This document shows, one piece after another, positions 1 through 14,964 of a DNA stretch of 64,000 bases. The DNA is from Octopus sinensis (Eukaryota), in the NCBI RefSeq assembly GCF_006345805.1, contig NC_042997.1:167400001-167464000 (forward strand), in the 5' to 3' direction. Within the stretch, counting starts at the first letter, position 1; every line of letters starts with the position of its first letter. The notes beneath the pieces were generated by a model that was given only the letters and a program-made list of their open reading frames with translations, did no database searches and was not told the origin of the DNA. Made by a program: the position numbers and the translations under genes.

Positions 1-94
<94 letters not shown>
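1..94. repeat. (TA)n microsatellite
   Basis: Directly visible, with occasional single-base slips. Confidence 0.95.
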
Positions 95-96
<2 letters not shown>

Positions 97-391
97 CTGG
101 TTTTATTTATTGGACAGCATTTTATATATAATTAACCAAAGAATGCGTTCATAGATTTCTATAAGAAACTGATATCCACACTGATAAGATTCAGGCACCA
201 CCAAACCCGTGTTTAGGTATTTTTATTTAATTTAGGGTTCAAGAGAAAATATATATATCAGTCACTTCCGCCTACTTTTTTTTTTTTTTTTTTTTTGAAA
301 CTCCTACTATTCTATCATAAGGGAATTTACCCCAAAACGCGATCATCCTTTGCATTTTTTATTTGATACCTGAAGAGGACAACGTCCTGTA

Positions 392-441
<50 letters not shown>

Positions 442-1124
442 TTGTTGACTAAGCCACAGTTGCTGAAGTAAATGAGGTGATATTCAAGTTAAAATATATT
501 CTCGGAAAATCGGAAAATATCTACCATTTACAATGGTTTATGAAACACTCAGCCGAAATCAATTTCTACCAACGTAACCCTTAGGTTATATCGCATTTTC
601 ATTGCAAGCGAATTTTCTCTCATCAAAAATTTTAGTATCTTCCTCTTCCTTCGGGGTTGAGTAGCGAATCCAAACAAGACAGTATCAACGACGAAGTGCA
701 ATCTTTCATATCTAACTTCACATCGAATGAACTCGTTAGAGTCACAGAAAAAAAAAATGTCCGCCGATATTTAGTTACAATATGTGATTTTCTTATTTCA
801 AATACTGCCGATGTTTCATTCATCCAGTCAATTTAATATTCCTAGAAATGATGATGGATGTGAATGTAATTATGATAGAAGACTAAAGACTTTTGCTTTC
901 ATCCATCCAGGGGTTTAATTAAATACTGGGAATATACTGTATTTGATTTAATAGGTTCATATCTCGTTCTTTACTCAGATAAACTAATTCGTGGATTGTT
1001 TGTTCAGCATTGAAATGTCTAAAAGTCAACATGATTTCTACAGTAGTAGTGATTTATTACGTTAGGGTTATCAAGCCGATACCAAACCCTTTTAATTGTT
1101 TATATAATCGCTGCTGCAATTACG

Positions 1125-1125
<1 letters not shown>

Positions 1126-1181
<56 letters not shown>

Positions 1182-1297
1182 CGCGCGTGTGTGTGTGTGT
1201 GTGTGCCTGTATATGTATAGATGTTTGTATTTATATATAATATACATTACACACACACACAAACACAGACATATACATATATACACACAGACGCACA

Positions 1298-1348
<51 letters not shown>

Positions 1349-1620
1349 ATACATACATAATATATATTTATATATATATATATATACATATATATATACA
1401 TTATATATATATATATATACAAATATATATATATATATATACAAATAGAAATATATATATTTATATACATACATAGATACACAAATATATATACATATAT
1501 ACATATTTGTACATATATATGAATACATATATGTATGTGTGAATGTATGTATGTGCTTATGTACGTATGTGTATATTTAAGTATATGTATCGTGTGTGTG
1601 TGTGTGTGTGTGTAAGTATA
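1126..1620. repeat. Compound (GT)n/(CA)n/(TA)n microsatellite tract
   Basis: Directly visible; accounts for the CV/YI/HT ORFs here. Confidence 0.95.
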
Positions 1621-2289
1621 CATACCTGACAAGTCATATGGTTAGTGTCATTATATCAGATTCTCCACTTAAAAGAAAATCAAAATGAGGGACACCATTC
1701 AAATGAATAAACACACTCATGGCAACTGAAATTAGTATACTTCTGAAATAACTGTTTTCAGAATAACGGAAAATTCAGCTGAATAGAAAAAAAAATCATC
1801 GTATAATGATCATTTTAGTTTGAAATTTTTTTTTTCCTCACTGTACATTCTATTCTTAATAAAGTTGTGGTCATTATATTATATCGCTCTTTCTTATTTA
1901 TTTTATGCATCCCTTTTATTTTCATAGTGTTTTAAAACAATTTCCTAGTCAACGGTAAGTTCAGAATAACGGCATCTCAAATCAACAAAATTGCCGTTAT
2001 TTGGGAAGCTTACTGTATGATACTAGAAACACGAAATCAGTATTTACATAATGTGTTTCGTTTGTATTTGCTCTGCAAATATTTTAATAGTTATTAAGTA
2101 TATTTAAGTATGCAAGAAAGATAACGTTTTCAAAATAGAGCAAATGTTGTGGATGTTTTTTAATATTTTTTATGCTTCTCGTCAATTTTTGTATATTTTG
2201 GCCGTCAAGATTAAAATCTGGCATAACCTTCTGCTTCACTAAAATCTTTCCATTAATTCAATATTCTGAGTACTTATATGGATAAACAC

Positions 2290-2538
2290 TTCTACACATA
2301 CATAAACACACACACACACTTATACACGCGCGCATACATACATACACGCACATGCATATGTCCCTATACATGTATGTATATATATATATACATACACACA
2401 TACATACATATATATATATACATTATATATATATACATACATACATATATATATACATACATATATACATACATATATATATACATTATATATATATACA
2501 TATATATATATATACATATATACATACATATATATATA

Positions 2539-2572
<34 letters not shown>

Positions 2573-2606
2573 ATACATATATAATATATATATTATATAT
2601 ATATAT

Positions 2607-2637
<31 letters not shown>

Positions 2638-2713
2638 GATATATATATATATATATATATATGCATACATATATATATATATATATATATGCATACATAT
2701 ATATATACATACA

Positions 2714-2752
<39 letters not shown>

Positions 2753-2780
2753 TACATATATATATATATATATGTATATG

Positions 2781-2877
<97 letters not shown>

Positions 2878-2940
2878 TATATATATATTTATACAAATAT
2901 AAATCATACAGACATACGTACATACATACATGCATACATA
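2290..2940. repeat. Compound (TA)n/(TACA)n microsatellite tract
   Basis: Directly visible. Confidence 0.95.
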
Positions 2941-3149
2941 CAGCCGATTTGGCCTCTTTCACATATTGGATACTGTATAAATATTTCAACATTTAAAAGC
3001 ACCCATATTGACTGAAATCTACGTAAAATTGGTTGCTTAATTGCATAGTCACATGACAATTTCGGTTAATTTACAAGCCAAATTTAACCGGATCGTATAC
3101 AAAAGCACATAATTTTGAATTGCGGCTATGATAGATTGTGTTTCATATC

Positions 3150-4300
3150 ACACTGGATGTTGAAACTGGAGAGTGTCTCCTTTGAGTGGGTCTCCTACAG
3201 GGTGTTGCTTTGTACCCTTTATATTTGACATGGTACTGGACTATGCGCGCCTGATGAGAAACTGAACATCATTATCAAACCGAGGAAGACCAGAGAGTTA
3301 GTTGGGTGACACTAACTGACCTGGATTTTAGTGATGGTATCAATTTGATGATGGATGAAATCTCAAAATACTCAGGTTCTCCAATGGAAAACAAAAACCG
3401 AGAAATCGAATAGATGGACTAGAACGCTATTGACCACAATTAATTTTAAAATGTTTCAGGTGCTCTTCTGAAGCTAGGTTTTTTTGCTGCTGTGATTTGT
3501 TTGTTTTTTGTATCTCGTATCATTCATAGTGAATTCGGAATGACATTAATATGTGTAAAGGCCTTGCCTGGAATAATGTTCATTGATATAAAGTATTTAT
3601 AGACCTACTGTTGTATAGTGAAACTGCACACCCCTCACGGTAAAAAATGGTAGTAGAAAGCCATCATAAATATACCAGTAGCCGATCGGCAGAAGAAGGT
3701 CGAGAGTACGTGTAGATTGTGTTGACAGTTGTGTCTCTGCTGATATAGTAATTATACTGTGATATTGAGTGGACGTTATAACAATCCAACATTTTGGGGA
3801 TAAAAATACTGTTACGACTGTGGGTTGTACAATGCCACATATAAACATCCTATCGACGACTTCGGAATAATGCAATAACTGCCAGAGCGACAACAGTAGT
3901 CAAAAGACAGATACAACAGTGGCAAAAGACCACTTTACAACACCTAATTCTCCAATAAGGTTATCTTCATAGCCGAGATCTTGGATCCTTACAAAGTCTG
4001 TAATCAAAACCTTTCACCGTCGCCGTTTTCCTAAAATACTCCGGACATCCGTCAGCCTCTACTAGACACAGAAGTGATCAATAAACAACTCAACGTGACA
4101 TCTACCAGTTGACTAAAAGGAGAGCAGGCAGACAACTCTAACATCCAGAATTGCCTGCTTGCTAAGTTACCATTTGGTAACCGACCCATGGGAGGTAGAA
4201 CCGTAAGTGTCTTTCCCAAACCATGATTAATAACCTAATGGAGAATAGTTGAAATGTGACTGCTGAACTCAGGTCACTGACGCTAGAACAGGATATTTGA
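3150..4300 (+). mobile_element. Degraded RTE-clade LINE, reverse-transcriptase C-terminal half
   Basis: Broken frames give VGLLQGVALYPFIFDMVLDY (RT GxxQG motif), LTDLDFSDGINL (cf. DLDFADDIAL) and AKLPFGNRPMGGR (RTE C-terminus). Many stops and frameshifts. Confidence 0.6.
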
Positions 4301-5258
4301 CGTATCTATCATTGTGCGCGGTAGACGTGCAGGATGTAGACGAAAGAAAAAATATAGACTTCGTATAAAGATGAAAGAAACATGTAAGGATGAAAGAAGC
4401 AAAAAATGAAAAATAAGTGAACACTGATCTTAAATTGATTTTACTTGTACCAGTTACATTACGTCATATTTTGAAGGTTATGCTTTTATAATCAAAGAGC
4501 AAGATATAGCTACAAAATACTTATTGAACAAAAAAGACAGTAAAGGCCTTTAAAGCTCTAAGTGTTGGCCAAAAATGTCATGTCACATACCTTTCGATGT
4601 TATACTGCAATATGTCAGTAATGTGGAACATTTCACCGCAGCATTGACGTTTTTATTAGAAAACAAAGCACAACACCACTCGTATGACGAACTGCTTTAG
4701 GATAAATACAAACAATGCTTCTCATAATGAATATATTCATACATTCCAACATGCCTGTTGTTGTCTGGAAAACAAAAACTATGTACCTTTGTGAATGTCA
4801 ACTACCCAGCAGAACTAGTGAGAAACAGAACATATGTGGTCAACTTTTCGAATGCACAACTTCTCTATACAGTTTATAACTGTACAATTGTATCCATTAT
4901 TATTATTGTTAATGGTCATGTTGTTATGTGTTTAAGTAATCGTCAGACAAAGATGGGGTTTCTAAACTTGCAAAATAAACTTAGATGTATTTTGCGAATT
5001 CAGTCTACGAGTAAATTTTAAAATATGCAAAACTTCTTAGAAATTTCTCGTGTAACTCTTAACTGTTATTATTCCTATCTAAATTAAGGTGGTGGGCAGG
5101 CAGAGTCGTCGAAATGCTGGTGGACTTGCGAAATTTATTGTTCTAAACAATAGCGAAATAAGAAAAAACGTTAATAAAAAAAGGCTAACTTGAAAACGGT
5201 CGTGCCTTCGATATATGTTTGAAATAATAGCTACTCTTCAGAGAGACACACAGACAGG

Positions 5259-5327
<69 letters not shown>

Positions 5328-5844
5328 TTCTCTCATTTTCTGAATATCAAATTCTAGTCTCAAGGTAGTGCTCAATCGAAAGCTATGACAGAAAACATTT
5401 GCTGAAGATGTCGCGTATTACAATCGAACCCTGAGTCACTTGGTTCCGAAGTAAATTTGTATAACATACACGCAAGCACGAGTTTCGCTGACTGCGATGT
5501 CAAACAACCAAGTAAGAGGCATTTTCGTTGACGTAATGCTTATAGCTGTATCACTCCATAAGTTAAATTACTATCGTTTTATGACAATAGAGTATAGTCA
5601 TAATTCAAATGTGGATAGCAAGCTGCCGTCGACTGGAAAATTTCGTGACTTTTTTTTTACATTTCCTTTGCAATTTTCTTCTGAATCACGTAATTATGTT
5701 ATCAACGTTCAATATTAAGACAAAATGATTGTTGTTGTCGTTGTTGTGGTGATGGTGTTGGTGGTGTCGGGTGTTTTCAGACACAACAGTTTGTTTCCTA
5801 TAGTCTTATACAGAACATTTGTAATCTTTCTAATTCTCTCTATC

Positions 5845-5893
<49 letters not shown>

Positions 5894-6599
5894 GCTTTTA
5901 TTGTTTTGTTATATAACTTTCTTTTAGCTCCTGTTTCCCCTCCAACACCACCACCACCTCCTCCTTCTTCTTTTTCTTCTTTCTTCTTCTTCTTCTCCTT
6001 CTTCGTCACCTCTTTATCATCATCATCACCATCATTATCATCATCGCCGTGAATAGTCACGTTTCACAGTGCTCCGTGTTGAAGATGTTTTGTTCTAACA
6101 TTAGTTTTTATTTCTTTACTAATAAATGGCTTTGAAACGTTTACCCCATACAATGACGTAGATGAAAAGTTTATCTTCATACATTTTTAAAGCTATTTAA
6201 CGGTTTTGACATTTGTAATATTTGCACGTTACAAGATGGCTGCCCTAGAAATAGAAACAAAAGGTGCTTTACCACAGTTGCAGAAGTTATATCATAAACA
6301 AAACACGATCCAATTATATTAATCAAACTGACAGACGGAACTTCGAACTGATACAAATGTACTCGTATAATAACTAAAGACAAGCGTAAAAAACTTCAAT
6401 TATTAAAACAAAACAAAAAATACTAAAACAGGACAAAATGCATCAGTACTATCAACAACAACATTTAATCGTCTATTAAGGTTGTGAAATAAGGTGGGTG
6501 GTGACCCAGTGAACGGAAAAACAGAAAGTCAGTTATGTCCCATTTCTATTATGTCCTATTTATAGATGAATTAACAGGACAGTGTCTCGTTGTCTTGCT

Positions 6600-7050
6600 A
6601 ATTCATCTAGAAATAGAGCAGAAAGGAAAGTTACGTGCCTGTTTTTCAAACAATGGGTGGTGGCCATTTTCCCCGTGAAAGATAATTTAGAGGCTACTCT
6701 TCTTTGGTGTGAAACAGAATGTGTGATTCACCAACAAAAGTGCAACTTATGAACGTGTGTTTTCGTGTCTTTATGATTGGTGGCAAAATGTTAATGACAA
6801 ATTTCTGTTACTGTTTATGGGTTTGAGAAATACGGGAATCACAGCCAGAGATAATGGTACTAACCTCGATCCTTGGTTTGTTTGGTGTTACCTCTTTGAA
6901 ACATTACAGGGATTTAACGAGCGCAGGGGTGAACCATATCTTAACGTTTGATCTGTATGGACAGCTAAGTTCTTATGATCAGCGAAATCAACGAGAACAT
7001 CCAGGAGTTAAACCCACTGAAAGTTGATTAAACAGGTTCTTCTAGCTAGG
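6600..7050 (+). mobile_element. Highly degraded non-LTR retrotransposon RT remnant (L1/Tx1-like)
   Basis: Weak motif echoes only (YERV, RDNGT, RAQG*TIS cf. VRQGCPLS). Confidence 0.3.
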
Positions 7051-8737
7051 AAACATATGTAGTCTTGAATTTATTTAGTCCATTCCCTCAATATGCTTTG
7101 AGTAATATATATTTAACATCTTCAGTATTCAATATATATTTCTATTTTCCACTTTAACTATGCACCATTATTAATTCTAACTATAACTGGCATTTTTATG
7201 TATCGATGGTAACTAATTCTTTTCACATTTAATTTCAAGTTCACAAGTTGTTTTTGCGAAACATTTAAAACTGCAAGGTTCCAGGAAAATTTAACTCAAA
7301 ATATGCTTTTTGAAAAGTTCTCTCTTTACAAAAAGAACTTTCTTATACCTCTTACTGTAATCAATAACAATTTGTAAAATATCTTTTATTAAAATATAAT
7401 GGGTTTTGTCTCCTAACAAGCTGAACCTGTCATTCCATAACACCAATAAGAGATTTTTAATAATTTAAGTAAGGGAATTTTTTATACTAGCATTTTGGTG
7501 CATTGTTATATATCGTATCATTTGTTAATTTTTAATAACACTTTCTTTAAAATATCCCCTTAATAATTATTGGTTTTGATTGATAAGCAACAATAAATAT
7601 ATATATAGCAAAACTTCCTTTAATCATTGTGCTATGTCATTACATTTCTTCACCAATAAATTTGTCAAGGAAGCTCTTTGATAGGAAACTATATAAATGT
7701 ATTCTTTTTATTATATATCATTAAAAGACAAAGCTTTAATGTTATATCATAACTACAGAATCAGTGTGTTTCTGTCTTATTGCCTGATGCTTCACATAAC
7801 CACTTACTAAAGCTCTTCACATTCAAAATATATCCTTTACATATCATTATTAATTTTCAAGGATATTATAAATTGAACTACTTAAATAATTCATAACGAT
7901 ATTGTATCAGATGGACGTACTAGTTTCAGATTGCTATACACAAAAGCACGGAAAAGATTTTTCTGACATTTGATACTCTCCTACAGCTAGCTTGTTTGTC
8001 GCATTTTTTTGTGCTGAAAATTATTTTTTAGGTTTTCCTTTTCTAGCATTGTTCATGCTTGTATTGTTTCTGATAGTAAGCGTTGCTTTTTTGCTTTAAC
8101 GTTGTGTTATTATTGTCAAGGCAATTAGATGTTTGTGTTGTTTTGTGGTCTGCTTTGTTTTGTTACTGAAGTTGAATTACTTATATTACTTGTCATAGTT
8201 CAAAATGAACAACAACAATTGCACCCCAAATGTATTCCCTATGACAACACAAAACACGAGCAACGATGTCGACAACGCCAGCAACAACAATAAAATTACT
8301 TCTTAATCGTACTGCAAAATCAAAATTCTTCTGCACCAACAGTTTGGAAATGTGAGACTGGCACGTTAAAAAAATTGAAATTAGCACATTAAAAACAATA
8401 TTGCAAGCGTGCTGACCGAACTACCCAGCGCTAACTGTTCCTCGCAAATACACTAACTAACTGAATATCCCAAACTCGTTACAAACGTGCTTATATGCAT
8501 TTTTATAACATCTTGTACGAATTAAATAATATTAAAACTAAAATAAAAAAGATAATTCAAATCGGGAAAAATTTGGGAGCTAAGATACTATATTATAAAG
8601 GGCTAGAACTAAGTGTCTAAAATTCAAAGCTTAAATTGTTTTGACGACTTTTTAAGTTTGGAAGAAGATGCACTGTCCATGACCTTTGCATATACTCCGA
8701 GACTAGTAAGAGCGATATCATATATACTCGCTTTGAA

Positions 8738-8952
8738 GGCAGCGAGCTGGCAGAATCGTTAGCACGCCGGAGGAAATGCTTAGAGGTATTTTGTCTGTTG
8801 TTACGTTCTGAGTTCAAATTCCACCGAGGTCGACTTTGCCTTTCATCCTTTCGGGATCGATAAATTAAGTACCAGTTGCGTACTGGGTCGATCTAATCGA
8901 TTGGCCCTCTCCCCCAAAATTTTGGGCCTTGTTCCTAGTGTAGAAAAGATTA
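8738..8952 (+). mobile_element. tRNA-derived SINE, family S1
   Basis: Head GGCAGCGAGCTGGCAGAATCGTTAG, B-box-like GAGTTCAAATTCC, body GTCGACTTTGCCTTTCATCCTTTCGGG, tail GTAGAAAAG. More than 15 copies in the window. Confidence 0.85.
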
Positions 8953-9210
8953 ATATTCGTTTTGAACAATGCAAGTCAACACCTATTGAAAAGACATGAC
9001 CTGGGAGGGAGTTCCAAAAGCTACACATTCTAGAAAGCGGTCTGAGTGTAGGGGTTGCTATGTATTGGGACCTGGGATGGAACAGCTTAACAACAGAAGG
9101 TTGATGATAGGAGGTGAGACAAATTGTAGGAAATACTTAAGTGTAGTTAGCACTAGTTCATCCAGCTGTGAAGAACAGAGGTTATTATTATAGGGTTTTT
9201 TTTCTTCTTT

Positions 9211-9419
9211 TCTACAACAGGTATAAGGGCTGAAATTTTTGAGTAATGAACTATTCGATTAAATTTATTCCAGTGCTCAACTGACACTTATTTTATCGAC
9301 TCTGAAGCGATGAAAGACAAATGGGCCTCGGCGGAATTTGAACTCAGAACGTAATACTAGAAAAATTGCCGTTAAGCATTTTGTCTGGCGAGCCATCGAT
9401 TCTGGCAATTCGCTACCTT
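9211..9419 (-). mobile_element. SINE family S1 (diverged)
   Basis: Reverse complement of the S1 head, body and tail. Confidence 0.75.
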
Positions 9420-9599
9420 AGAGACTTTTTTAATAGATTTCGCTCCAAAATAGTAATGTTGGCAACAGTACAATAGTAGCAGTAAATTCAACTCTAGTCA
9501 AAAAGCATAGAAGGAGAAAAAGAACTGCTAACTATCCTTTAGAGAACCAATATACCGAAAGCCTTAGAAAAACATTAAAAAACGAGATAAAGTATGACA

Positions 9600-10090
9600 T
9601 TGAAGTTTCTGCAATGTCTTCAACGATTATTTTCTCCTTCCCTATTTCTCTGTAGAATGTTTTCGCATTGGATGTGAACGGCTTATTTTTCTTGTAAAAC
9701 TTTTTTCTTGTCAAATCTTCGTATTCTTTGAGCATTTGCGTGGACATTTTGTTGCAGATATATGATGTTTTGCAAACAACTTGCACATGCAAGTGCTACC
9801 AGTCGGAAGCTCTGCATACCGGAAGCCAGCAAGTGTATGGGGTCATCAGGAGAGAATGCGCGCCGTTTAGGGGCCTACCTCTCGACGGCATCAATACTCA
9901 TCGGCCCTCCTCACTGATATGAAGCCCCGCTTGCTAGATCAGCTGGTTATCAAATAAAGCTCAATATTCATCTAGCCATCGCTCATCGTCTCTTTTTAGC
10001 CAAATCCAGTCTGCTAGCCTTTCCCACAGTAGTTTGGATATCGGTCATGGTGGTATTTATTTTACGATCAGTTAGGCATAACGATAACAA
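9600..10090 (-). mobile_element. R4/Dong-type non-LTR retrotransposon, N-terminal fragment
   Basis: ORF 9532-9792 contains KFYKKNKPFTSNAKTFYREIGKEKIIVE, resembling the pre-RT N.lF..N.K.FY motif of R4/Dong ORFs. Confidence 0.55.
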
Positions 10091-10230
10091 CAATCGCCTC
10101 ACACAGATATATGTAAATATAATAATGTTTGTTTTTATGATCAGTTATAATAAAAAAAAATTACATTTATCTGAAGGATTACCCCATACTTTTGTAGAGT
10201 GCAAATTTATTATTCTTTAACAGGAATAAT

Positions 10231-10321
10231 ATTGACAGTAACTTCGAAGTTTCAGCCAGTTAAACCATCGTCGGATTGAGGATGGCTTCCCAGGCCGAAA
10301 CTTCGAAAGTCACTGTCAATA
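10231..10321. repeat. Short imperfect hairpin with a degenerate hammerhead-like motif
   Basis: ATTGACAGTAACTTCGAAGTTTCAGCC ... GGCCGAAACTTCGAAAGTCACTGTCAAT. The right arm reads TTGAGGAT-GGC..GCC-GAAAC-TTCG. Confidence 0.5.
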
Positions 10322-10369
10322 CTGTTCTTGTGAATGAAGAATATATGTGTGTGTGTTCTTTTATTCCTC

Positions 10370-11002
10370 TATTCTTTTACTTGTTTCAGTCAGTTGACTG
10401 CGGCCATGCTGGAGGACCATCTTACAGGGATTTTAGTCGAAGAACTCGACCCCTGAACTTGTTCTTTGAATGCCTAGTTCTTATTCTATCGGCCAGACTG
10501 CTAAGTTACAGGGACGTAAACACACCACTGTCGATTGTCAAGCGATGGTAGGAGACAAACACAGACACAAGGACACATGCATATATATGTATACTCTTTA
10601 CTCTTTTACTTGTTTCAGTCATTTGACTGCGGCCTTGCTGGAGTACCGCCTTTAGTCGAGCAAATCGACCCCAGGACTTATTCTTTGTAAGCCTAGCACT
10701 TATTCTATCGGTCTCTTTTGCTGAACCGCTAAGTTACGGGGGTGTAAACACACCAGCATCGGTTGTCAAGCGATGGTGGGAGGTACAAACACAGACACAC
10801 AAACATATACACACGCATACGTATATATATATATATATATACGACGAGCTTCTTTCAGTTACCGTCTACCAAATCCACTCATAAGGCTTTGGTCAGCCTG
10901 AGGCTATAGTAGAAGACACTTGCCCAATGTGCCACGCAGTGGGACTGAACCGAGAACCATGTGGTTGGTAAGCAAGCTACTTACCACACAGCCACTCCTG
11001 CG

Positions 11003-11005
<3 letters not shown>
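10370..11005 (-). mobile_element. Two stacked SINE family S2 copies (3' half 10370-10575; full 10592-11005)
   Basis: Minus-strand head AGGCGCAGGAGTGGCTGTGTGGTAAG, internal (CA)/(TA) tract, tail (AAGAGTA)n. Confidence 0.85.
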
Positions 11006-11078
<73 letters not shown>

Positions 11079-11500
11079 GACGGGCTTCTTTCAGTTTCCG
11101 CATATGTTTGGGAAGCAAGCTTCTTGCCACACAAACAAACACACACACACACATTTATGTATATATATTTATATATCGCTCTAGTGTCAATCAGTTATAT
11201 TTATTTATGTGTGTGTATGCCAGTATACATTATCATTATTTTTACGAATAACATAAAGCCACATCAGTTGCATAGAACGACAATACAATAAATAAAAAAA
11301 AATGTTGATTTCCCCCCGTCCTCCTCCTCCAAACCGTCAAATATCAGTAGTCTTTCGACACTTCCCCAAAAATGTCCGTGTCAGTCAAGTGGTTGAAGTG
11401 TTAAGTAAGAGAGAATTTGATTGAGACAGAGAGAAAAGGGGAGATGACGAGTGTGTGTCTGTGTGTGTGTGTGTGTGTATGCGTGCGTGTGTGTGTGTGT

Positions 11501-11538
<38 letters not shown>

Positions 11539-11685
11539 ATGTGTGTGTGTGTGAATCTCTCGCTCTCTAAGAGAGCAGAGGTCAAGGATCCATGACCTAT
11601 ATATTTGGCAGGAATAATAAACAATGGTAACAACACATTACCGCTACAGCACCGCCACCACCACAACTAATAGTCTGCGTGTGTA

Positions 11686-11759
<74 letters not shown>

Positions 11760-12417
11760 GTAAACAATTTGCAGTTAATACTTTATTACAATACCGCACC
11801 CCCGTCAGCACCACCACCATCACATCACCTCACTACCACCACAACCATTATCACCATCTCCACCAATACATACACACATATACATATGCATACACACACA
11901 CACCACGTATATATATATGTATGTATGTATGTATATATAAATTACCATCTCCGTCAACATCACCGCCTCAAATCATGCAACCGCTACCATCTCCACGCAG
12001 CGTCTAACATCATCGAAACCAGTGTAATAATACAATCATATAACTAAAACAACAACTACTACTACTACTACTACTACTACTACAACTACTACTACTACAA
12101 CTACTACTACTACTACAACTACTACTACTACAACTACTACTACTACTGCTGCTGCTGCTGCGGCGGCGGCGGCTGCTACTGCTGCTGCTACTACTACTAA
12201 TACATGACAACCGTAATTCGAATTACAATTAGCAGTTGATACATTATTACAATACCCTGCCCCCGTCAGCACCACCACCATCAACACCACCTCACTACCG
12301 CCACAACCACTATTACCACCTCCACTACTACCACTACTACTACTACTACTATAACTACTACTACTGCTGCTGCTGCTAGGAAGGGACATAACCATAAATA
12401 TCACAGTCATTATACAC

Positions 12418-13247
12418 CATAGGTTCTCAAAATGAGCGTTACCGCCCTCCGGTGGACGTTGAGAGGGTCCAGGTTGGCGCTTGTGTCTAAGGGGGCAGTG
12501 CAGAGAGGGCACTGGGAGGAAGGCAGTGGATTGGGGGACGTTATGAATTTATAATATTATTATAGTATTGCATACAAATTATATAATATTATATTAAATA
12601 TCAAATGATACATAGTATATGTAAGTTTGTGAAATATAAAATTCGTGCAAAACGCCCCCCGTTCAATGGACGGTGCTGAATCATATCTGCTGAATAAAAA
12701 GCAATCAATGTTTTCTTTTCATTAAAAAATAATTAAGCATGCCTTTATTTCAATAAAATTTTTGGTTTTGTTAAACGAAGTTAAGGCAAAAAAAAACTTC
12801 TTGAGCAACCAAATAGTCTTTCCTTCCTTCATGCCAAGTTTGATGAAAATATCTCTTTTGCATCTTACTTTTTTGGTCTCTTAAATATACTGCATTTTGT
12901 GGCTTTATTTCAAGCCAGCCGGCTTTTTTTTTGCGCAAACTACACGTGCATTTTTCTCGCGTACACGTAGTATCGATCGCAACAGCTGATGTACTTGCGT
13001 GTACAAATGCACGTTCCCACCTGGAATCGATCTTTGTAATTTTTTCAAGACTTATACACGTCGATATCTACTAATCAAATTTGAGCGCAATCGGATGGAG
13101 GATGCCCGAGATCCTAGAAGACACACACAGAGACAGACAGAACGGATTTTATATAATAGATTTATCTATACATAAAAATAGGGGTGGGGCGCTGAGAGTA
13201 TTATGTGGCCATGAGGGTGGGTGGCCCAAAAAGTTTGAGAACCTCTG
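12418..13247. mobile_element. hAT-type non-autonomous DNA transposon
   Basis: TIRs CATAGGTTCTCAAA / TTTGAGAACCTCTG; 8-bp TSD TTATACAC / TTTTACAC. Confidence 0.65.
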
Positions 13248-13415
13248 TTTTACACCAACCCCCACCGCCAACAATGGCACCCACGGTTAATAATTCTTGT
13301 AATGAAATTGTAATGGTTTTTAGTTGGAGTGATGGTTATTTTTCTGGTTGAATTAGTGATAATTGTTGTTGTAATGATGGTGGCAATGGTTTTGTGATAG
13401 TATTGATGGTAAGGA

Positions 13416-13710
13416 GAGGCGCAATGGCCCAGTGGTTAGGGCAGTGGACTCGCGGTCGGAGGATCGCGGTTTCGATTCCCAGACCGGGCGTTGTGTGTGT
13501 TTATTTAGCGAAAACACCTAAAAGATCCACGAGGCTCCGGCAGTGGGTGGTGGCGACCCCTGTTGTACTCTTTCGCCACAACTTTCTCTCGCTCTCTCTT
13601 CCTGTTTCTTGAGTAATGCTGGGATGGACTGGCGTCCCGTCCAGGTGGGGGGGAACACATACCCCACAGAAACCGGGACCATGAGCCTGGCTAGGCTTGA
13701 AAAGGGCGAC
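13416..13710 (+). mobile_element. tRNA-derived SINE family S3
   Basis: Head GAGGCGCAATGGCCCAGTGGTTAGG with GGTTTCGATTCC B-box; matches copies at 36.75, 41.8 and 62.3 kb. Confidence 0.8.
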
Positions 13711-14964
13711 GTTTATCGTTTTTTTTTTGGGGGGGGTATTTATGGTAAGTTGCGATTATAGTTGTGGTAATGGCTGTGAATATAGCTGTGGTAGTGGGAC
13801 CACGACCCCACCCCACCCCGATGAATACCATATCCATCACAGCCTCCACTACAACTACAATCCTCACAACCACTAGCAACAACAAATATTACAACTAACC
13901 TAGACTACCTCCGCGATCCTGACCACCACTACCACTACTACAAGCAGTGCCAGTGTAAACTAAGTTTCCATCTTCAAAGATATACGCACAAAACTGTTGG
14001 TTTGGTCTTTTCTACATGTAACATTAGATCTGGAATTTATATTTGTTCGCCCACACACACCGCACACACGCACACACCCACACAGAGATTACGTTATTTT
14101 CGCAACTTCCAACACTACCCCCTGCCTATTGCCCCATCACTGTTACCATTATTGCTAACACTATCACTCTTCATTAAATCTCAACTTAACCCCCACCTTA
14201 TTGATGTTATTCGGTAAGGGAATCCACGCTGTTTTTCTTGTTCTTTCAATTATATCTGCTTTATTTATTTATTTTGTTATATTTGAAGGGGAGTAGGGAA
14301 TCGGTATGTGGTATTTATTAAACTGGCAACGATGTCTGGGTAATATCGGATTCAGTAAATAAGGGCACCTGGATCTTTTAAAAAATTTTCTAACCACTTG
14401 AAGTTTTCAAATTTGCATCAGTTTTTTTCTCTCTAAGTTTTTACCCTGATGTAATTTTGCTTGCTGATGATGAAAATCACATTCATTTTTTTTCTTGCAA
14501 ATAATAATAATAAAGTTAGAAGCATTTAAAATTGTAGTTTTAGCCAATTGGAAGCCTCCATTTCCGATTTTCTTTAACTAAAAAGGTGATTGGAAGAATT
14601 TTAAGAAGATCTGAATACTCAAAGATATCGAAATCCTAGCTGAAAAATCCGCTCTTTGTTGACTATGGATTTGTTGGAGAAATCAATAATAAGGTTAAAA
14701 GCATTTATAATTATGTAACTTTAGGCAAATGGAAGCTCCCATTGCCGACATAGCAGAAATCGCAACTGTCTGTCTCTATGATAAAAGCACACACAAACAC
14801 ACACACATAATGACGAGATAACAAAAACGAAATAACAAAAACGAGATAACAAAAACGAAACCTTTACGTGGTCTCTCGACCTGTTAGATATAGTAGCCAA
14901 ATCTTGGTTAAAGTATACCATAACGTCTAAGATGAAGAAAGAACATTGTGCCATAGAATTTATT

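Noticed and set aside
368-392. Hammerhead start ACCTGAAGAGGACAACGTCC
   Set aside because: The GAAA half of the core is absent, replaced by a (GT)n tract; at most a relic.
1010-3015. Long ORFs rich in YI, CV and HT dipeptides (also at 27-29, 31, 35 and 55 kb)
   Set aside because: Stop-free translations of (TA)n, (GT)n, (GATA)n and (TACA)n; not genes.
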